IMG/VR virus record: IMGVR_UViG_3300017780_009147
Span: 1 to 30,408 of that record
DNA: 30,408 nt
DNA from: a virus
Taxonomy: Duplodnaviria; Caudoviricetes
Direction: 5' to 3' (one strand)
Shown: piece by piece, positions 26,663-30,408 of the stretch
How the letters are laid out: every line of letters starts with the position of its first letter
How positions within the stretch are numbered: the first letter of the stretch is position 1
The notes under the pieces: model-generated
Database searches by the model: none
The model's input: only the letters and a program-made list of their open reading frames with translations
What the model was told of the DNA's origin: nothing
Position numbers and translations under genes: made by a program

Positions 26663-26977
26663 ATGGGCCTCAAGATCTGGCTTGATGAGAAGAACAGCCC
26701 ACCCAAGGGATGGACTATCGTCAACACAATGCAGTCATTCGAAGAATCACTCTTTGATCCTGACGCCGATATCAAGCAGATATCATTAAACGCTAACTTC
26801 TGCGGAGATGGAGTTGCTGCTGCAAAGCTCATCGAAGAGGCTGCAGAATCCGGTCATCTCGGTTCCTCTGTTCTAGTAATGCACGAGCCAAGCACAGACT
26901 CCTCTGTGAACAACAGCATCAAGCAGTGCTTCCAGTCTGCAAACTTTTCCTGGGAATCCTTGGAGGATTGTTCATGA
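26663..26977 (+). CDS. Degenerate cyclic-phosphate-processing receiver-like domain
   Basis: KIWLDE...PKGW...ISLNAN..G.G..AAKLIEE...MHE versus the family pattern WLDD..P.GW..SLDHD..HS. Confidence 0.6.
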   Translation: MGLKIWLDEKNSPPKGWTIVNTMQSFEESLFDPDADIKQISLNANFCGDGVAAAKLIEEAAESGHLGSSVLVMHEPSTDSSVNNSIKQCFQSANFSWESLEDCS

Positions 26978-27192
26978 ATCCCGCTAGCGCTAAGCCCACC
27001 ACTGTCACCCGCCCTTACGTCTTCGCTCAGTCTATTCACGCCTACAGCGCTGTGAGTGACATCTATCGACTACTAGAGAAGAACAAGAGCAAGTCCGCAG
27101 GTGTGATCTCTCCTGCTGGACGTACAATGGTTCTTCTTGCAGAGGTTGAGCTGTTGACAGCGATCAACGAGTTCTCTATTGATGTTGACTAA
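26974..27192 (+). CDS. Hypothetical protein
   Basis: GGAGGA RBS; ATGA overlap at 26974. Confidence 0.65.
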   Translation: MNPASAKPTTVTRPYVFAQSIHAYSAVSDIYRLLEKNKSKSAGVISPAGRTMVLLAEVELLTAINEFSIDVD

Positions 27193-27542
27193 TTCCTTGG
27201 AGGAATGACAGGAAGAGTTCCACCAGCCTTCTCATAGAGTTGTCGCAGTAGAAAGTTCTCCTTCCTTAGGAATTCAACTTCAACCTTGAGTGCCGACGTA
27301 GCCTGGGTCAGCTTCTTTATCTCAAGCTGAAGATCATCTTTGTCTTTTGCAGAATGAGCAAGCTTCGACTCAAGATTTGATACCCTTTCCTGGAGATCTT
27401 CCCTGAATAGGTGCCCTGTCTTAATCTCATCTGACAGAAGAGTCGATGACATAGCAAGCTTCTTCTCATAGAAGCGCCACGCAGCAGATGATCCTAGGAC
27501 ACCTACTATTGTGATAAGCAGGGTGATGATGTTTTCACTCAT
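27189..27542 (-). CDS. Single-TM coiled-coil membrane protein (holin/lysis-like)
   Basis: IITLLITIVGVLGSSAAW followed by heptads; GGAG RBS before ATG 27542. Confidence 0.7.
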   Translation of the reverse strand: MSENIITLLITIVGVLGSSAAWRFYEKKLAMSSTLLSDEIKTGHLFREDLQERVSNLESKLAHSAKDKDDLQLEIKKLTQATSALKVEVEFLRKENFLLRQLYEKAGGTLPVIPPRN

Positions 27543-27927
27543 TACTATCTCCTGGTCTATGTGCAAAAAATCTTACCGATGATTCGAATCTAATCCTGAT
27601 GTAATTCCATAGGCAAAGAAGCGTAATTATGGTAGCTGCCACTTCTGCCTCACAGTTTATTCTGTGACAGCTTATCATTAGGCAGGCAGAAAAGATAAGA
27701 GACAGGATTGATCCTGCTCTTCTCCATGCCAGCTTTCCTAAGATTGACCCGTACATCGATATAATGCCCGATGTAACTAGGCTCAACATCATCCAGGAAG
27801 GTGATTCGCTGAAGGAGCTTGCCCAGTACATCGGTATGACTACCATCTGTATGATGCTTACCAGCGATTCCACGACGTGGTTGTCATAATAGAAAATGTT
27901 CAACAGCGTGCTCTTCGCCTTGTCCAT
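27535..27927 (-). CDS. Small multi-TM (about 4) membrane protein
   Basis: Four hydrophobic segments; GGAG RBS. Confidence 0.7.
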   Translation of the reverse strand: MDKAKSTLLNIFYYDNHVVESLVSIIQMVVIPMYWASSFSESPSWMMLSLVTSGIISMYGSILGKLAWRRAGSILSLIFSACLMISCHRINCEAEVAATIITLLCLWNYIRIRFESSVRFFAHRPGDSNE

Positions 27928-27993
27928 CGATTCTCCACATCATAACTAAGCACAAGGGGTTAAAAAATCTTGCTCTCACGTATAATGAGTGTA

Positions 27994-28218
27994 ATGAGAG
28001 AAATCTTTTTGAGGCACAGAAACCCTGAGCAGGGTGACTTGGTTAGGTTCACAACGGCTGTATCTGGAACTGGATTCGATAAGATCACAGGATCAATCGG
28101 CGTCGTCATGCATTCAAAGTCTGGAAAGGTCTCCCTGCTAATCTGCGAGCGGGTGGTCAACAATATTCCTGTCGGATGTGTCAAGATCCTTGAACAGGAT
28201 GAGATAGACTCGCTATAA
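27994..28218 (+). CDS. Small SH3/KOW-like hypothetical protein
   Basis: GDLVRF...IGVV; ATG 7 nt after TATAAT (27981-27986). Confidence 0.6.
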   Translation: MREIFLRHRNPEQGDLVRFTTAVSGTGFDKITGSIGVVMHSKSGKVSLLICERVVNNIPVGCVKILEQDEIDSL

Positions 28219-28224
28219 TCCTAT

Positions 28225-28629
28225 GTGCGGATAACTACAAGAGAGATATATGCAGAGAGGCACAGCAAGGTTGCTGACCACATGACCGCCTGCATACCTG
28301 TCGGAACGCTATTCATCGATGCCTGGGATGAGAAAGTTCTAATCGTCGGAGAACCTCACGTGAGATTCAAGATCACACGCGGCGGATCTGCTGTGGAGGT
28401 GGACACTGTCTGGGATGTTGTCCACGGAAGTGACGGTAAGAGCTGGAGCTGTGTCGTGACGCACAGGATAAGACGTCGGAACCTCGGAAATATCGATCTC
28501 ATCGACACCCTCCTGAGCACACACGAGCCTGAGCATCTCCTGCCTCACACCAGACAGTGCATCTATCTCGATGAGTTGCCCAAGTCGTACAGGAAAAAAC
28601 CTATCATCTCAGTACCAAGCAGGGTGTAA
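28225..28629 (+). CDS. Hypothetical protein
   Basis: ORF fills the gap; TATAAT upstream. Confidence 0.6.
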   Translation: MRITTREIYAERHSKVADHMTACIPVGTLFIDAWDEKVLIVGEPHVRFKITRGGSAVEVDTVWDVVHGSDGKSWSCVVTHRIRRRNLGNIDLIDTLLSTHEPEHLLPHTRQCIYLDELPKSYRKKPIISVPSRV

Positions 28630-28652
28630 AAGTTAGGCGAATAGGTTATACT
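28625..28652 (+). promoter_or_regulatory. Promoter for the tRNA array, TGTAAA-N16-TATACT
   Basis: Same motif class as at 12597, 16258, 16795, 26556 and 29795. Confidence 0.6.
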
Positions 28653-28689
28653 AGCTAGGTGATCAAGGAAACAAGATCACACAAAACAA

Positions 28690-28766
28690 GTCCTCGTAGC
28701 TCAGCTGTATAGAGCAATTCTTTCCTAAAGAATAGGTCGCAGGTTAGAGTCCTGCCGAGGACGCCA
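28690..28766 (+). tRNA. tRNA-Arg(CCU)
   Basis: Acceptor GTCCTCG/CGAGGAC, anticodon arm ATTCT-TTCCTAA-AGAAT, T arm GCAGG-TTAGAGT-CCTGC, encoded CCA. Confidence 0.92.
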
Positions 28767-28771
28767 CATAT

Positions 28772-28864
28772 AACATGGACGGCGGGTGTACAGTATCCCA
28801 TGCAAGTGGGGAGCACAGCTGAACCGGGACTGATGACGCTGTACGGGCTCCGGGTCTCCATGTT
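28772..28864 (+). ncRNA. Candidate structured RNA of unknown family
   Basis: AACATGGA/TCCATGTT closing stem, GTACAGT/GCTGTAC inner stem, CCCAT-GCAA-GTGGG GNRA hairpin; GC-rich; fills the gap between two tRNAs. Confidence 0.55.
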
Positions 28865-28874
28865 CTTTCAAATT

Positions 28875-28948
28875 GCGGGCATGGCATATGGGTTGTGCAC
28901 CAGCCTTCCAAGCTGGATAACCGGGTTCGAATCCCGGTGCCCGCTCCA
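28875..28948 (+). tRNA. tRNA-Gly(UCC)
   Basis: GCGGGCA/TGCCCGC, CCAGC-CTTCCAA-GCTGG, TTCGAAT, U73 + CCA. Confidence 0.95.
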
Positions 28949-28961
28949 CTCAAGGTGTTGC

Positions 28962-29135
28962 ATGATTATCTTAGCAATTTTTGCTTGTTTATCTAACTCT
29001 ATGGAAGATACAGGTGAACTCTGTGAAGACAATCAAGGTTATCACGATCTTGGAGAGATCTGGGTATGTGATGATTACAATAATTTCTGCAGCTGCGCAA
29101 GCGGCGGAGAGATTCTGATGACACCGGTTAATTGA
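28962..29135 (+). CDS. Small Cys-rich putative lipoprotein (57 aa)
   Basis: MIILAIFAC lipobox-like start; lies between two tRNAs; AAGGTG upstream. Confidence 0.55.
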   Translation: MIILAIFACLSNSMEDTGELCEDNQGYHDLGEIWVCDDYNNFCSCASGGEILMTPVN

Positions 29136-29141
29136 AAATTT

Positions 29142-29218
29142 GCCCGATTAGCTCAGTTGGTTAGAGCAACGGACTGTTAATCCGTGGGTCCCCTGTTCAA
29201 GTTAGGGATCGGGCGCCA
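29142..29218 (+). tRNA. tRNA-Asn(GUU)
   Basis: GCCCGAT/ATCGGGC, ACGGA-CTGTTAA-TCCGT, G73 + CCA. Confidence 0.94.
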
Positions 29219-29268
29219 TCTATAATACTATGTTGATTCCACCATGCCTAGAGATATGGAGGAGCAAC

Positions 29269-29445
29269 ATGGAAGATCGTGAAAAAGACCATGAGCTAGC
29301 TGAGCATGCTGAGAAGCTTGTTAGTCAAATTGAGAAAGACATCCAGTATGATGAGAATGGTAGAGCTTTCTTTCCCAAGGAAGTGATACTGAATCTAGTG
29401 TTTAGGGTCACAGACTTCATGAGATTTCTCTCAAAGAGAATCTAG
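29269..29445 (+). CDS. Hypothetical protein
   Basis: GGAGGAG RBS before ATG 29269. Confidence 0.65.
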   Translation: MEDREKDHELAEHAEKLVSQIEKDIQYDENGRAFFPKEVILNLVFRVTDFMRFLSKRI

Positions 29446-29486
29446 TGTAGCCTTGACAACAACACCGACTTGTAGAGAATATTCCC

Positions 29487-29819
29487 ATGCTCACATGCAA
29501 TGAATCACAGATCCAGTCTCTCCTAGACGAGAAGTCACCAGTTGTCGTCATGTTCAGCGCTTCCTGGTGCGGACCCTGTAAGGTCTTCAAACCTAAGTTC
29601 GAGGCAGCGTCCTCAGAGAATCCCGATATCACCTTCGCATACTGCGACATCGAGGAGACCCAGGGTCTCGCCAGGGATGTCAGCATCCAGTCTGTTCCTA
29701 CTGTCGTGTCATTCGTGGACGGTGATGAGGATGAGAAGATCGTCGGGCCAAATGAGGCGAAGCTAAAAGATTTCATCCAGCGGCTAAAACAACGTGAAAA
29801 AGATTCTGCGGCTGGTTAA
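29487..29819 (+). CDS. trxA: Thioredoxin
   Basis: FSASWCGPCK and IQSVPT motifs. Confidence 0.93.
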   Translation: MLTCNESQIQSLLDEKSPVVVMFSASWCGPCKVFKPKFEAASSENPDITFAYCDIEETQGLARDVSIQSVPTVVSFVDGDEDEKIVGPNEAKLKDFIQRLKQREKDSAAG

Positions 29820-29843
29820 GATAGAAAGGTAAAGAATGCTTAC

Positions 29844-29915
29844 GGATCTATGGTGAAAAGGATATCACGAGGGACTTCTAATCCTTTGTTCTCGGTTAGA
29901 GTCCAGGTAGATCCG
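29844..29915 (+). tRNA. tRNA-Arg(UCU), divergent copy without encoded CCA
   Basis: GGATCTA/TAGATCC, GTGA/TCAC D stem, AGGGA-CTTCTAA-TCCTT, T stem with a C-A mismatch, loop TTAGAGT. Confidence 0.75.
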
Positions 29916-29988
29916 CTATCTATAACGATTAGTTAGGCCACGACTTCACGAACATAAGACACTCAAAAAATGATCACTGGAAACTTAC

Positions 29989-30064
29989 TGGGGTGTAACT
30001 CAGTGGTCAGAGTGCGGTTCTTATAAAGCCGAGGTCGCGGGTTCAATCCCCGCCACCCCAACCA
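29989..30064 (+). tRNA. tRNA-Ile(UAU)
   Basis: TGGGGTG/CACCCCA, CGGTT-CTTATAA-AGCCG, TTCAATC, A73 + CCA. Confidence 0.92.
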
Positions 30065-30121
30065 ATTCCAATAATCGTGAGGATATAATCGATTTGACAC
30101 TCTGGAAAGACAGAGACGCTT

Positions 30122-30198
30122 CTCGCCATAGCTCAACTGGATAGAGCACGAGCCTTCTAAGCTCGGGGTTGTTGGTTCAATTCCAACTGGCGAGGCCA
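30122..30198 (+). tRNA. tRNA-Arg(UCU)
   Basis: CTCGCCA/TGGCGAG, CGAGC-CTTCTAA-GCTCG, A20, CCA. Confidence 0.94.
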
Positions 30199-30203
30199 TT
30201 TAT

Positions 30204-30279
30204 GGCTTTGTAGCTCAGCTGGTAGAGCAAGCGTTTCATACACGCTAGGTCACTTGTTCAAATCAAGTTAGTGCCACCA
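30204..30279 (+). tRNA. tRNA-Met(CAU), elongator-like
   Basis: AGCGT-TTCATAC-ACGCT, ACTTG-TTCAAAT-CAAGT, CCA; weak acceptor stem GGCTTTG/TAGTGCC. Confidence 0.85.
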
Positions 30280-30297
30280 TCTCACAACAGGACACAC

Positions 30298-30408
30298 ATG
30301 GAAAACATCAAGGTATCCGCGCTCAAGCACGTCAATGAGTTCGTAGCAGATCCAGGAAGCAAGGCTGTCTCGATCGCTTCGAATCTGCTCTGGGCAGCAG
30401 TTGGAATC
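30298..30408 (+). CDS. Hypothetical protein, 3'-truncated by the window edge
   Basis: AGGA RBS; MENIKVSALKHVNEF... open to the end. Confidence 0.55.
   Translation, partial: MENIKVSALKHVNEFVADPGSKAVSIASNLLWAAVGI

Noticed and set aside
28788-28844. Hammerhead ribozyme suggested by CTGATGA at a stem junction
   Set aside because: No GAAA core strand in the required position; kept only as an unknown structured RNA
28772-28864. tRNA-Sec, pseudo-tRNA, SRP RNA or c-di-GMP-I riboswitch
   Set aside because: No T-loop or cloverleaf; the spacing around the GNRA hairpin does not match the SRP helix 8 or GEMM consensus as I recall them
28655-28961. Track ORFs 28655-, 28725-, 28744- and the 5' part of 28800+
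   Set aside because: They overlap tRNA genes; these are antisense or shadow frames
306-29776. Numerous short nested or antisense track ORFs (e.g. 746-, 1653-, 8188-, 14101-, 20403-, 29417-)
   Set aside because: Shadows of well-supported genes; no RBS or recognisable motifs
29874-30160. CTTCTAA anticodon loops read as amber (CUA) suppressors
   Set aside because: The stems place a 7-nt loop C-T-TCT-A-A, so the anticodon is UCU (Arg); A20 is also present
29963-30199. 78-aa minus-strand ORF
   Set aside because: It is the antisense of tRNA-Ile and tRNA-Arg (the typical GIEPTT artefact)
1-30408. Genome-wide stop-codon reassignment
   Set aside because: TAG, TGA and TAA each end well-conserved genes at the expected lengths, and ORFs tile densely in the standard code

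Overview
This is a gene-dense, mostly + strand segment that looks like part of a large (jumbo/huge) dsDNA bacteriophage genome using the standard code. No capsid, portal or terminase gene is present, so the phage call is an inference from gene content. Recognisable genes: NDP-sugar epimerase (5'-truncated), thymidine kinase, DHH phosphoesterase, dCMP deaminase, Fe/Mn-SOD-like protein, pterin-carbinolamine-dehydratase-like protein, two HIGH-type nucleotidyltransferases, a KxDG ligase-like protein, 5'-3' flap exonuclease, GroEL, Hsp20, an RpoD-like sigma factor, a GapR-like protein, a DinG/XPD helicase, a cupin, GIY-YIG, a Dps-like protein, DUF3310, a PD-(D/E)XK-like protein and thioredoxin. The right end has 7 tRNA genes. 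The most striking observations are: (1) an apparently split sigma-70 whose region-4.2 HTH seems to be on a separate, translationally coupled ORF; (2) two recurring promoter-like motif classes, one of which (ATAnnTA[G/T]) marks genes that often carry L/I-x-E putative head-targeting leaders; (3) hairpins in which the promoter spacer is complementary to the downstream RBS; (4) a ~93-nt structured non-tRNA RNA candidate inside the tRNA array; (5) a small gene interrupted by an in-frame TAG. All family calls come from motif recognition by eye; no searches or folding programs were run.
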